From the IMG/VR virus record IMGVR_UViG_3300045988_097708, positions 1 to 64,000 of that record: 64,000 nt of DNA. One strand, given 5' to 3'. Positions within the stretch are counted from its first letter, which is position 1. The number at the start of each line of letters is the position of its first letter. The stretch is from a virus. Positions 17,398 through 27,672 of this stretch are shown piece after piece. The notes below the pieces were generated by a model. The model was not told the origin of the DNA, searched no databases, and was given only the letters and a program-made list of their open reading frames with translations. The translations under genes and the position numbers were made by a program.

Positions 17398-18711
17398 GTG
17401 AACGATCCCCTCAGAAACGGACTGGGCAACGTTGCCGCGCTGGCGGACAAGCCCAAAAGGCCAAGTAACAGGCCAAAGCAGTACAACGACCGGCGCAACC
17501 CGTATTTCGGAGACGATACGGCGCGGTTTGTGGCTCAATACGCCAAATACGCCAGCGACTATACCGCCTGCCGCGTGCAGGGCCTTGACCCAGATCCTGA
17601 CCGCTTTTATGAGTGGGCGGAGCAGCTGATCCGAATGCCGGACGCGCGGAAAAAGGGCAATGCCATCGACAGACCCATCGACAACTACAAGGAATTTCTG
17701 ATGGTGGACCCCCGCATCGAATATGTGCCGGAGGGCGCCAAGCTGGAGGCGATGGGGTCCACATGGCTGGTGACGAATTCAGCCAATATCTCGTCCGCCG
17801 TGGGGAGCGGCATCATGCGGCGGTGCAACGCCACATGGAACCATCTGGACTGGTACGGCAACGTGCTGAAAGAGCCAATGGTGGTGGAGAGTGCCAAGCT
17901 GAACGCCAGCGCCAACGACTTTCAGGAAACCGTTTTGATGATGCAGGGCTACTTCAACATCATCATACAGCGGAACCCCGAGACGGAAAATCTGGACGTG
18001 AACAGCAGGATGATACTGGGGCGGATGGCCTATCAGATCACGGGCTATGCCGACGTGGCACAGGAGTTCACGGGGGACGAGGAGAGCGTCCGCCTGCTGC
18101 GGTTCACGGCGCGGATGACGGAGCCGGACAGGGAAAAAGACGACCTGAAAAACCGTGTGGCAAACGCCTATCCCTTTCAATGGGATGTGACGGTGACGGG
18201 ACAGCCGGTGCTGCGGGTGGGGGAGACGGCGGTGCTTGCCGCGTCTTCCCTGAGAAACGGCGAAGCGGCGGACGGCGACGGGGCGCATCCTGTTTCCTAT
18301 GAGTGGTCCAGCAGCGACAAGACGGTGTGCCGTGTGGACGCGAACGGCAAGATCACCGCCGTAGGGGCGGGAGAATGCACCGTTACGGCACGGCTTCTGC
18401 AAAACGCCGCATGGAGCGGCGGCTGTGCCGTGACAGTGACGGAGGAGACGGGCGGCATTTATTTCACCGCCGCGCCGCCGGCGAGAATGGCCCCCTACCA
18501 GACGGCGGAACTGACGGCGGTATACGACGAAGCGGACACGGAGCAGGTGCTATGGACCTTCGCAGGTGCGGAGGAGAGCGCCTACAGCGCCAAGGTGAGC
18601 GGGAACACCGTGACGCTGAAATGCTGGGGCAGCAGCGAAACACCGCTGACGGTGACGGCGCAGCATGGCAAAGAGAGCATACACGCGGTTATTACGCTGG
18701 AGGGCTGGTAA
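17398..18711 (+). CDS. structural protein with C-terminal Ig-like (Big_2-type) domains
   Basis: SSSDKTVCRVDANGKITAVGAGECTVTA pattern typical of bacterial Ig-like group 2 domains. Confidence 0.6.
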   Translation: MNDPLRNGLGNVAALADKPKRPSNRPKQYNDRRNPYFGDDTARFVAQYAKYASDYTACRVQGLDPDPDRFYEWAEQLIRMPDARKKGNAIDRPIDNYKEFLMVDPRIEYVPEGAKLEAMGSTWLVTNSANISSAVGSGIMRRCNATWNHLDWYGNVLKEPMVVESAKLNASANDFQETVLMMQGYFNIIIQRNPETENLDVNSRMILGRMAYQITGYADVAQEFTGDEESVRLLRFTARMTEPDREKDDLKNRVANAYPFQWDVTVTGQPVLRVGETAVLAASSLRNGEAADGDGAHPVSYEWSSSDKTVCRVDANGKITAVGAGECTVTARLLQNAAWSGGCAVTVTEETGGIYFTAAPPARMAPYQTAELTAVYDEADTEQVLWTFAGAEESAYSAKVSGNTVTLKCWGSSETPLTVTAQHGKESIHAVITLEGW

Positions 18712-18713
18712 AG

Positions 18714-18929
18714 ATGAGCAAACCTGTCTGTGAAAATGCCTACCGCAAGCGAGGAGAGATCACGCTGCGGTGCAGAAAGCAAAAGGGCAGTACCGATTTC
18801 TGCTGCTATCAGTACTACTGCCCCGACAGCTGCCGGTATGAGAACGCAGCGGAATGGCGGGGCTGCCGGATGCGGCAGGAACGACAGAGCATCGGAAAGG
18901 AGAAAAACGATGGGAAACAGCATCCGTGA
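18714..18929 (+). CDS. small Cys-rich protein (71 aa)
   Basis: ATG 18714 just after the upstream stop; 8 Cys. Confidence 0.45.
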   Translation: MSKPVCENAYRKRGEITLRCRKQKGSTDFCCYQYYCPDSCRYENAAEWRGCRMRQERQSIGKEKNDGKQHP

Positions 18930-19488
18930 GCGCAAGCCCAAGGACATGAAGGATGTGCTTAGCGCGGCAAACGCCTATCTGCCGCTGATGGAGAAGACGC
19001 AAATCGTGAGTCACTGCGCGGAGCGGTGCATCGACCGGGTGGTGGTGAACACCGGGGAGAAATTCCGGGGCGACACGCCTCCCATGTATCGGGAGAACGG
19101 CCAGCGGAAGCGCCGGTATCTCATGGGGATCCTTGCGCGGGCCTATCTGCGGCTGGACTTCGAGGGCTGCGGCGGCGATCGGTGGCTGATGAGCGCTGAC
19201 GACTACGACTGGGTGGGCGGCGTGCAGCTGATCAACCAGATCGACCGAATGAAGAAGCAGAGCGACGCGCTGCGGGACAAGGCGTATGACCTGCTGGCGG
19301 ACTACCGCGATCTGGAAAAGATGATGAACACGGAGATCGCCGCCAATCTGGATGTGATGAACGATGTGGTGGCCCGCATGACCATGAGCGCCGCCAGCGC
19401 CATGACGCCGGAGAGCATGAAGGAACTGTCGGAGATGGCGGAAACGCTGAAGGTCACGGCAAAAAATATCCAAAGAGAAACGAACTGA
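18910..19488 (+). CDS. hypothetical structural protein
   Basis: AAAGGAGAAAAA RBS before ATG 18910. Confidence 0.6.
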   Translation: MGNSIRERKPKDMKDVLSAANAYLPLMEKTQIVSHCAERCIDRVVVNTGEKFRGDTPPMYRENGQRKRRYLMGILARAYLRLDFEGCGGDRWLMSADDYDWVGGVQLINQIDRMKKQSDALRDKAYDLLADYRDLEKMMNTEIAANLDVMNDVVARMTMSAASAMTPESMKELSEMAETLKVTAKNIQRETN

Positions 19489-19522
19489 AAGTTCAGAAAA
19501 TACACAAAAACAAACGGAAATA

Positions 19523-19546
19523 GCACTGTTTCATGTGAAACAGTGC
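19523..19546. promoter_or_regulatory. perfect palindrome GCACTGTTTCA tg TGAAACAGTGC in an A-rich intergenic gap
   Basis: Seen directly; no U-run follows. Confidence 0.35.
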
Positions 19547-19571
19547 AAATAACGTAGACGGTGGTGAGAGA

Positions 19572-20267
19572 GTGAACGCAGAATTTGACAGCCCCTTCTA
19601 TCCCTTTTCGAAGGTGCAAAGCGGGTATTCCACCTATCACGGCGAGGAAAAACTGCCGAAAAAGATCGTGAATTTCCTGCTGGACCTGCCGGACCGGTGG
19701 GGATACGCGCCGGTGGATGACAACGCACGGCCAAGGGTGCGGCTGATGAAATATCTCTGCTATGACGGGGCGGAGCCGCTGGCGCAGGCGCTGCCGGGGA
19801 CGGAGGAGAAACTGAGCATTGTGTTTGACGGCGAAGCCCCCATCCTGGACACGGAGGAGCAGAAGAAAAAGCACCCTAAAGGGTACAGGCTCTATCCGCT
19901 GGAATACTGGGGGCAGGCGCAGACCATGGCGCAGACAGCGCTGAAGGTCTACATAGGCCGCGTGATCCCCCAGAGTGCGTTCACCGCTGCCATCGGGATC
20001 TATTTTGACATCCTGTGCAACTACGGCCATGAGACCACCACAAGGACCGACGATTACGCCAGAAGCCTCAACATTGAACAGTGTCTCATCGAGGCGCTGA
20101 ACGGCGTGAACATCGGCGGCGCGGGGGTGATGAGTTTTGACAGAAGCGCACACCCCGATAACGGCTCACGGGCCATTTATGACGAGGGGACCAACGTAGG
20201 GCGCAGGCTCCACATGAGCCTTGCGTGGGCGGACAGCGACGAGGACAGCGTCGTGACCGCATTTTAA
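19572..20267 (+). CDS. hypothetical structural protein
   Basis: GTG start with GGTGGTGAGAGA upstream; ORF track. Confidence 0.55.
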   Translation: MNAEFDSPFYPFSKVQSGYSTYHGEEKLPKKIVNFLLDLPDRWGYAPVDDNARPRVRLMKYLCYDGAEPLAQALPGTEEKLSIVFDGEAPILDTEEQKKKHPKGYRLYPLEYWGQAQTMAQTALKVYIGRVIPQSAFTAAIGIYFDILCNYGHETTTRTDDYARSLNIEQCLIEALNGVNIGGAGVMSFDRSAHPDNGSRAIYDEGTNVGRRLHMSLAWADSDEDSVVTAF

Positions 20268-20287
20268 GAGAACGGAGGACGGCGCGG

Positions 20288-20590
20288 ATGGATGAAGTGC
20301 AGATGGAGCACCGTCTGGCGGAGGTGGAGCAGCGAAGCAAAAGCAACACCCACCGCATCGACGAACTGGCGCAGGGGCAGAAAGCGCTGAATGAACTGGC
20401 CACCTCGGTGGCGCTGATGACGCAGGAGCAAAAAACCATTAAAGACGACATAAGCGAGGTAAAAAAAGATGTGAAGTCCCTGACAAATCTGCCGGCGAAG
20501 CGGTGGAACGACGTGATCGAAAAGATCGTATGGCTGGTGCTGGGCGGCGCGGTGGCCGCGCTGCTGGCGCAGGCGGGAATTCACGTTTGA
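20288..20590 (+). CDS. XhlA-like coiled-coil membrane protein
   Basis: N-terminal coiled coil (HRLAEVEQRSKSNTHRIDEL), KRWNDVI, single C-terminal TM helix. This architecture is as I recall it for the XhlA family. Confidence 0.5.
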   Translation: MDEVQMEHRLAEVEQRSKSNTHRIDELAQGQKALNELATSVALMTQEQKTIKDDISEVKKDVKSLTNLPAKRWNDVIEKIVWLVLGGAVAALLAQAGIHV

Positions 20591-20622
20591 GACAAGGGTT
20601 TTCGTGAGAAAGGAAAGAAGAT

Positions 20623-21426
20623 ATGGCAATCTCACAGACCATAAAAAGAGCCTGCCGCCGGTATGAGGAGATCGAGGCGGAGGGGCTGACACTGTATCCC
20701 ATTCTGGTGGAGGAGCTGGAAGAATTTGAAATGGCGAGGCCCAGCATTGACATTGTGCAGCAGAGTCTCCCTGTGACGTATGCGGCGATGCCCCTGCTTG
20801 CGGCATTTTACCGGATGGAATACGACGCCCTGTGCGGCGGCGAAGCAGGCATTGGCTTATTCTCACAGGCACTTTTGATGCTGGCGCTCTCCCTGCGGCT
20901 GGGGAGAGGGCTGACGCCAAAGCGCCGCGTGGGACTGTTTCGCTGCAAGGTGGACGCGGGGGATGCCGGGCGACTGAAAGCAGTGGTATTTACCGTGGAC
21001 GGAGAGGAATCGTTTGAGGTGACGCCGGTGCAATTCCAGCGGCTGCGGGAGATCATCGCCGCACAAAACGGCATTGAACTGGCGCCGCTGGAGGCAAACC
21101 CAGACCTGATCGAGGCGCAGAGGGAGTTGGCGCAGATGAACAGCGCGGCTCTCTCCGGCGACGTATGGGAGCGCGTGGCAACGCTGGCGGCGCTGGAACG
21201 GGTGGAGGAGTCCGAGGTGGATGAATGGCCCATTCTGAAGCTGCGGGATAAGACGAGGACATGGCAGCGCATCGTGGGCTATGCGGTGTGCGCCGCGGCG
21301 GAGGCACAGGGGACCAAATGGGAAAACGGAAATCCGTATCCCAGCCTGTTTTACGAGAAAGAGGATGCCGGCAATATCTGGCTGCGGCCCATGGAGCAGG
21401 CGACCCGCCATCTGGGACAGGTGTGA
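20623..21426 (+). CDS. hypothetical tail-module protein
   Basis: ORF track, RBS GAAAGGAAAG. Confidence 0.55.
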   Translation: MAISQTIKRACRRYEEIEAEGLTLYPILVEELEEFEMARPSIDIVQQSLPVTYAAMPLLAAFYRMEYDALCGGEAGIGLFSQALLMLALSLRLGRGLTPKRRVGLFRCKVDAGDAGRLKAVVFTVDGEESFEVTPVQFQRLREIIAAQNGIELAPLEANPDLIEAQRELAQMNSAALSGDVWERVATLAALERVEESEVDEWPILKLRDKTRTWQRIVGYAVCAAAEAQGTKWENGNPYPSLFYEKEDAGNIWLRPMEQATRHLGQV

Positions 21427-21462
21427 CAAGAAAAGACAGAAGAAAAGGAGCGTGAAAAACAC

Positions 21463-22581
21463 ATGATTCGTTTTACTGATCCGAATCTCTATACCCGGGG
21501 CATTTGCGCGGCACAGTTCGCGGACATGAACACCGGAGACATCTATTTCTCCAGCAACAAATTCCAGGAGGGCAACATCACCCCCAGCAGCAACAGCGAG
21601 CCCCTGCGGGCGGGCCTCGGAAACGGCATTGCCGCCATCGTGGAGAGCGATGCCGACATTCAGGTGAACTTCACCCAAGCCAACTTCGACCTGAAGACCA
21701 AACTGGCCGGTGTTGGCGCGGGCGTGACCTATAACGCCGTGGCGCCGGCGTGCCAGGTGGTGACGGCAAACAGCGCCGTGCTGAAGGTGGACGTGACGGA
21801 CGGTGCCCCTGCCGCCCAATACGGCATGAGCAAGGCGGTCTGCTATGTGCAGGAGGTGGAGTCCGCGTCCCTCATTGCGGCGGACGGCATTGCCCACGGC
21901 ATCGGGCAGGACGGCACTGTGACGGACTTTACCGCTGTCAGCGGTAAGCGGTACAAGGTGTGGTATTTCGTGAACAAGATCAGCGCGGCGGTGGGGCGGC
22001 TGTCTACGGCCATGAACGGCAAGGTGGGCCTGTTTACCGCCCAGCTGGCGGTTTACAGCAACGTGAACGCCAAGACCAACGAAGGCACGAAGTGGGGCTG
22101 GCTGTACATCCATGTGCCTCTGAAGCTGCAGGCTGATACCGGTGTTGTGACTGGCAGCCAGAGTAACTATGACACCACCGCCATCGTGGGCCGCGCCATC
22201 TCCGCCGACGAGCAGGTGGTCAGCGGCCAGTGCGAGGACTGCACCGGTTCCTCGCTGGGCTGGTATGTGCTGGTGCCGGACGGCGACGCGGATGTAGTCA
22301 CGGGATTGGTGGCGGCCATCGGCGGCGTGATCTCCGTGCCCAAGAGTGGCACGGCCCAGGTCCGTCCGCAGGCCGTGATGGCAAACGGACAGCTGGTGGC
22401 GCTGGATCCCACCAAGTGTACCTATGTGCTGACCGGCGCGCCCAGCGGCACCACCGTGGAGACCAACACCGGCGTCCTGACGGCCGGCGCTGCGGCAGGT
22501 GACTGTGATCTCGCCGTGACGTTCCCCTACGGCGGCAAGAACTTTACGGCTCAGTGCGCCGTGAGCGTAACGGAGTCCTGA
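21463..22581 (+). CDS. major tail (tube) protein with C-terminal Ig-like extension
   Basis: 372 aa upstream of the tape-measure region, followed by a strong stem-loop; AAAGGAG RBS. Confidence 0.6.
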   Translation: MIRFTDPNLYTRGICAAQFADMNTGDIYFSSNKFQEGNITPSSNSEPLRAGLGNGIAAIVESDADIQVNFTQANFDLKTKLAGVGAGVTYNAVAPACQVVTANSAVLKVDVTDGAPAAQYGMSKAVCYVQEVESASLIAADGIAHGIGQDGTVTDFTAVSGKRYKVWYFVNKISAAVGRLSTAMNGKVGLFTAQLAVYSNVNAKTNEGTKWGWLYIHVPLKLQADTGVVTGSQSNYDTTAIVGRAISADEQVVSGQCEDCTGSSLGWYVLVPDGDADVVTGLVAAIGGVISVPKSGTAQVRPQAVMANGQLVALDPTKCTYVLTGAPSGTTVETNTGVLTAGAAAGDCDLAVTFPYGGKNFTAQCAVSVTES

Positions 22582-22589
22582 CAAAGGAG

Positions 22590-22622
22590 CCCCCTCCTCC
22601 GTCCCGGCGGCGGGGGAGGGGG
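22590..22622 (+). terminator. stem-loop CCCCCTCC / GGAGGGGG after the tail tube gene
   Basis: Seen directly; no U-run. Confidence 0.35.
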
Positions 22623-22645
22623 ACAGACGCGAGGGCGCGGCGGAA

Positions 22646-23239
22646 ATGCGGTGCTTTGGCGTATGTAGACAGCAGAGGGGAGGCGGCGCGGCTGTGGCAA
22701 CAAAGATCGTGGGGAAATTCAGCGGCTTTGAGGCAGACCTCGCCGCGCTGGAGGCGCAGGTGAAAAGCGCCTTTCGCGCCTCTCGCAAGGCGCTGGCGGA
22801 CGATATGCGGCTGTGCTTGCAGGACCATGTGGAGGCGGACGTATACGACCGGTTTCAGCCCACGGAATATGTACGGCGGAGAGAGGATGGCGGTTTGGAC
22901 GATATGCAGGGCAGCGCCACGGTGTATTCCGATGAGCGGGACGGCGGCATGAACCTGACGCTTCTGTACCATCCCAGCGGCGCAACAGACGGCGAGGGAA
23001 ACGATGTGGATCCCCATGTGGACGGAGACGATCTCATTACGAGGATCGAGAAAAAAACCCCCGAGTATAACTGGCGGAGAAAACCGCCCAAAAGACCGTT
23101 TTTCAGTAATTTCGTACAGGAAATGGTGGACGGCGGCAGAGCGGAGGAGACGTTGGTACGAGCCATAAACGCAGCGGAGCCAACGCTGGGGATGGCGGAA
23201 GATGCCGGGATGATACGGGAAGAGGACGATTGGAGGTAG
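22646..23239 (+). CDS. hypothetical tail protein (occupies the chaperone position)
   Basis: ORF track; alternative GTG start at 22694 after GAGGGGAGG. Confidence 0.5.
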   Translation: MRCFGVCRQQRGGGAAVATKIVGKFSGFEADLAALEAQVKSAFRASRKALADDMRLCLQDHVEADVYDRFQPTEYVRRREDGGLDDMQGSATVYSDERDGGMNLTLLYHPSGATDGEGNDVDPHVDGDDLITRIEKKTPEYNWRRKPPKRPFFSNFVQEMVDGGRAEETLVRAINAAEPTLGMAEDAGMIREEDDWR

Positions 23240-23242
23240 CGT

Positions 23243-26200
23243 ATGGCGATTTTCAAAGTAACGGCTGTACCTGATTTTTCGCAGCTCAAGAGTGAAATTG
23301 CAAAGCTGCAAAGCAGCCCCGTGACTTTGGGCGTTGATACGCGGCAGGCCAACGTAAACATCAAGGCGACCACGCAAAACCTGAAAAAACTGACGGAAAC
23401 CTTTTCCCCGGATGGGGAACTGGTGCATTCCGTCTCCAATTACAGCAAACGGATCGGCGAGGTTGTAACGGTAACAAAGTCCCTCGACCGCGAAAGCGGC
23501 GAGATGGCCGTGACCAGCAAAAAGGTCACGCAGAACTTCGAGGCACAGGCAAAGGCGGCGCAAAAGGCGGCAAGGGAAGTACAGAGCGCAGAAGATGCCT
23601 ACCGCGCATACACGGCACAGCAGAATAAGGGGTATACGCCCACCGCCATGCAGCGGCGCATTGAGGGCGTGACCGGCATCAGCGGCGGCAACACAAAGAG
23701 CGCGGCGGAGAGCGCGAAGGTTTTTGAAAAAGCATGGCTGAACGCCAGCGGCAAGGTGCAGGACGGAGCGCAAAAGGCGGCAAGGGAAGTAAAAAACGTC
23801 GGAAAAGCCGCGAAGGAGACCTCCGGCTTTGCCGATTTGATGGGCAAGAGCTTCAGTCGGATAGTCCTGCAAATGGCGACATGGCAAATGCTGGGCAACG
23901 CCATCGCCGGTGTAAAGCGCAGTTTTGTCGAGGCGCTGGACACCATGAAGTCCGTGGACGACGAGATGGTGACGATCCGCAAAGTCACCGGTGCGACCAC
24001 GGCGGAGCTGAATAAGATCGAGAAACAGGCATACGACACCGCCAGCGCCTACGGTGTGGCGGCGGACGACTACCTGCAATTTGTGTCGGGCTTCAGCCGC
24101 GCCGGTTACGGCGAACAGGCATCCGCATTGGCGGAGCTGGCTGCCAAGACGCAGATCGTGGGCGACACCAACGCCGAAACGGCGCAGCAGTTCCTTTTGT
24201 CCGTGGACGCGGCGTACAAGTATCAGGGCAACATTGAAAAGCTCACCGCCGTGCTGGACGGAGCCAACGAGATCGACAACAGATACGCGACCTCCATCCA
24301 GAAGGTCGCCGAGGGCTTGGGCAAGGTGGCGCCTATCGCGGCGCAGGCCCATGTGGGCGTGGATGAGCTGACGGCGGCTATCGGTACGATCACCGCTGTG
24401 ACGCAGCGTAGCGGCACAGAGGCGTCCACCGCGCTGCGGGCGCTTTTCCTGAATATCATCGGCGATACCAAGACGGAAATCGACGAGGGTGTGACGTGGA
24501 CCACCGGCGAGATCGCCGGACTGCGGGATGTCATCAAACTCTATGCCAAGGACGCCTACGACGCGGCGCAGGCCACAGGCAGCGTGATAAATCCCATGAA
24601 AGCCATAGGCGGCCTTGCCCAGAGCATGAAGGACGGCGTGCTGACCGAGCAGAAGCTGATGGAGATGGTCAGCGACATCGGCGGAAAGCTGCGTACCTCC
24701 CAGCTGCTGGCGCTGATCCAGAACTGGGATATGTACCAGTCCATGCTGGGAGATTTTGCTGACGCGGCGGGCAGCGCGGACAAGGAAGTAGAAAACGCGC
24801 TGGATAGTTGGACACGCAAGACCGAGATCCTGCACAACAAGTGGACGCAGTTCGTCAGCAATCTGGTGGAGACGGATACCATCAAGAACGCGCTGGACGG
24901 CGTGATCGGGCTGGTGGAGCTGCTGGACAGCGAAGGCGGCCATTTGGTGATAACAGTCGGTTTGCTGACTGGTGCGGTGCTTCTTTTGGGTCACGCCAAA
25001 AAAGAACTGATGGCATCGGAGGCTGTCAAAGACATAAAGGCGGCAAGCGCGGCAACAAAAGAGCTGACGGCAAAGGTTATTGCGTATGCCGCGGCAAAAA
25101 AAGCGGCGGCAGCGGGCGATGGGGAGATGGCGCTACACGCCGCCGAACTAAAAGAAGACCTTGCTGGAGCGCTGGGAAAACTCAAGGTTTTCGGTATCGG
25201 AGCGGCGATTTTTGCGGCGCTGTCGCTGGCAATCAGCCTGAGCACGGAGAAAGCGCGGGCATACGAAAAGGCGCTGGAGGACGTGGAGACGGCGCAGAGT
25301 GCGCTGGACGAGACGAAAAGTGAATATGACGAGCTGATCAACAAGACCGGAGAACTGACAGACGCGGAGAAAAAGAGGCTGGAGGTTCTGAAGGAGATGC
25401 GCCAAGAGCAGGAAAAGCAACTGGAGGCTACGCAGAAATCCGCGTGGGAGGCGTGGGATGCTGCTCACGGAAGCGGCGCCAGCGTGGTGGTCAGCGGGGC
25501 CGAGGGCGTTGGCGGCGGTCTGGGCGTTGGCGCGGTAAAAACGGAGCGCATGGACATCGTGGCGCTGCGGAACTACCGGGAAGAACTGGCGGAGATCGCG
25601 GCGCAGTATCAGGACGGCGAAATGTCCGCGGGTGCGTACTATTCCGCGCTGGAGGATCTGAACGCCGCCCGCGAGGAAAGCGTGGAGACTATCCGTGCGG
25701 CGATACTGGCGGGTTATGAAGTTACTGATGAACAGCGGGAGCTGGTGGATGCCTACGACAGGGTGCAGCAGATATTGGGCGTTGCCAGCGATGCAACAGC
25801 GAAATATGTAAGCGGGCTGGTGGAGGAAGCGGCGCAGAGCGGAAAGACGGAAAAGGAGCTCTATAATCTGGTGGCGGCGCAAATCACCGCCAGCAACACG
25901 AAGCTGAATTTCAGCCAGCAGATCATGGCGCTGCAGCAGTTGGCGGTGCAGGCGGGCTATGCTGGAAATGCGCTGGCAAACACGTTCGCGTTGGCAGGGA
26001 TCAACGAGTCCAACGTCAAGAGGACGGCGGAAGGTCTGCTGTACACTGGGCAATACAGCAGCTATGAAGCGGCTTACGCCGAAGCTCTGCGCCGGGCGCA
26101 GCAGGCGATGCTGTACCAGTTTGGAAAACTGACGTCAACCGCGCCCTCCGGAGGAGGGGGCGGCTCGACCGGAGACGGGTTCTCCGGAAGCGGAGGCGGC

Positions 26201-27343
26201 AGCTCATCCGGCGAAAGTGCGCTGCGGAAGAAGGCACAGGCGGCCATCAAGGCGCTGGAAAAGGAACGGGATGCGGAGCTCCAGCCCATAGAAGCCCAGA
26301 TCGATGCCCTGAAAAAGCAGAACGAGGAGATCGAGCGGGGCGAAAAACTGGAGGAACTGAAGCTGACAGTCCTGAAAAAGCAGGACGCGCTGCTGAACGC
26401 CAGAAACGAGCGGACAGTGCGGCAGTACAACGCCGCAACCGGACAATGGGAATGGGTAGCGGATCCCCAGAAGGTCAAGGAAGCCGAGGAGGCGGTGGAG
26501 GACGCCAAGAAGGACCTGCGGGACTATGAGCGGGACGTGGAACTGGATCTCGCCGTGGAAGAGCTGGAGGCCCGCAGGGAGGCCATCAAGTCGGCGTATC
26601 AGATCAAGATCGACGCATGGCAGGATTATCTGGACGGGCTTTCCGGTGCGGTGGCCGCAGAGGGCGGATACATATCCCAGAGTGTACAGCAAAATCAGGA
26701 TGGAGCTGAGGAAGTAGCAAAGGCGTGGGAAGATGCTGCGGAACGCAGGAAAAAAGCGCTGGCGGCTATCAGCAGCGCGGTTTCCGGCGCGGCAGACATA
26801 CCGGCGGATACAAAACCCCCTGTCTCGGGCGCTATTGCTGGCGCGGTATCTGGCGCTTTGGCAGGAAATCGCAAGCCCGATCTCAGCGCGGGAATGGCGT
26901 CTAAAAAAGCAAACGATATTTTGCAGGGGAAAGCAGATCTTTTGCCAAAGAAAACACCGCAGAAGGGAACTATTTCCAGAGGTGCGGCGGGAAACAAGGT
27001 ATCCCGCTATGACAGCGGCGGCATCCTCAAGGGAATGGGCGGCATCAAGGCCACGGAGCGGGACGAGATGATCCTGCCGCCCGACATTACAGCGCAGATG
27101 ACCCGGCTGGCCAGCGGCGGCAACGTGCAGCAGCTTTTCAGCGGGATGCGGAGCGTGCTTTTTAATGGCGGCATTCCCTACGGCCAGAGCATGGCGGGAG
27201 CGACCACCAACAATGACCGGCATGACGTGACCTACAACACTTACAGCATGAACGGCGTGACACTCAGCCCGCAGGACGCAAACCGTTCGGTCCTGTCGGT
27301 GCTGCAAAGCGCCGCACACCACATGAAGGCATACGGCGCATAA
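23243..27343 (+). CDS. tail tape measure protein
   Basis: 1366 aa, long coiled coils, core segment FSRAGYGEQA...TQRSGTEASTALRALFLNI like TP901-type TMP cores, Gly-rich tract. Confidence 0.9.
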   Translation: MAIFKVTAVPDFSQLKSEIAKLQSSPVTLGVDTRQANVNIKATTQNLKKLTETFSPDGELVHSVSNYSKRIGEVVTVTKSLDRESGEMAVTSKKVTQNFEAQAKAAQKAAREVQSAEDAYRAYTAQQNKGYTPTAMQRRIEGVTGISGGNTKSAAESAKVFEKAWLNASGKVQDGAQKAAREVKNVGKAAKETSGFADLMGKSFSRIVLQMATWQMLGNAIAGVKRSFVEALDTMKSVDDEMVTIRKVTGATTAELNKIEKQAYDTASAYGVAADDYLQFVSGFSRAGYGEQASALAELAAKTQIVGDTNAETAQQFLLSVDAAYKYQGNIEKLTAVLDGANEIDNRYATSIQKVAEGLGKVAPIAAQAHVGVDELTAAIGTITAVTQRSGTEASTALRALFLNIIGDTKTEIDEGVTWTTGEIAGLRDVIKLYAKDAYDAAQATGSVINPMKAIGGLAQSMKDGVLTEQKLMEMVSDIGGKLRTSQLLALIQNWDMYQSMLGDFADAAGSADKEVENALDSWTRKTEILHNKWTQFVSNLVETDTIKNALDGVIGLVELLDSEGGHLVITVGLLTGAVLLLGHAKKELMASEAVKDIKAASAATKELTAKVIAYAAAKKAAAAGDGEMALHAAELKEDLAGALGKLKVFGIGAAIFAALSLAISLSTEKARAYEKALEDVETAQSALDETKSEYDELINKTGELTDAEKKRLEVLKEMRQEQEKQLEATQKSAWEAWDAAHGSGASVVVSGAEGVGGGLGVGAVKTERMDIVALRNYREELAEIAAQYQDGEMSAGAYYSALEDLNAAREESVETIRAAILAGYEVTDEQRELVDAYDRVQQILGVASDATAKYVSGLVEEAAQSGKTEKELYNLVAAQITASNTKLNFSQQIMALQQLAVQAGYAGNALANTFALAGINESNVKRTAEGLLYTGQYSSYEAAYAEALRRAQQAMLYQFGKLTSTAPSGGGGGSTGDGFSGSGGGSSSGESALRKKAQAAIKALEKERDAELQPIEAQIDALKKQNEEIERGEKLEELKLTVLKKQDALLNARNERTVRQYNAATGQWEWVADPQKVKEAEEAVEDAKKDLRDYERDVELDLAVEELEARREAIKSAYQIKIDAWQDYLDGLSGAVAAEGGYISQSVQQNQDGAEEVAKAWEDAAERRKKALAAISSAVSGAADIPADTKPPVSGAIAGAVSGALAGNRKPDLSAGMASKKANDILQGKADLLPKKTPQKGTISRGAAGNKVSRYDSGGILKGMGGIKATERDEMILPPDITAQMTRLASGGNVQQLFSGMRSVLFNGGIPYGQSMAGATTNNDRHDVTYNTYSMNGVTLSPQDANRSVLSVLQSAAHHMKAYGA

Positions 27344-27353
27344 GGAGAAGAAA

Positions 27354-27659
27354 ATGTCCAATAACGGAAAGGAAATGCTGAATCTGGCAAGGGAACTGTG
27401 GCGAAATTTTCTGGAGAAGCGGGTAGCGGAGACCCAGAAAAGCGTGGTGCGCTATTACAGGGCCGAGGTGGTGGCGCCAGCGGAAAACGGTACGATCACC
27501 GTGCAGCGCCCCTTTGAGGAAAAGACGCTGACGCTTTCCTATGTGAGCAGCATGGCGGCGGCCAAGGCGGGCGAACAGGTGGTGGTGCTGGTATTCGGAA
27601 ACGGGAAAAACCTCGCCAACCATAAAATTTTCATGTATCCAGACGGGCGGAACTTGTGA
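27354..27659 (+). CDS. hypothetical tail protein
   Basis: ORF track, AAGGAGAAG RBS. Confidence 0.55.
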   Translation: MSNNGKEMLNLARELWRNFLEKRVAETQKSVVRYYRAEVVAPAENGTITVQRPFEEKTLTLSYVSSMAAAKAGEQVVVLVFGNGKNLANHKIFMYPDGRNL

Positions 27660-27672
27660 GAGGAGAGATGGC

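Noticed and set aside
22582-23243. Tail assembly chaperone pair with a -1 programmed frameshift (G/GT) upstream of the tape measure gene
   Set aside because: Only one ORF (22646-23239) occupies the slot. I found no overlapping extension frame with an XXXYYYZ slippery heptamer by eye, so no call is made.
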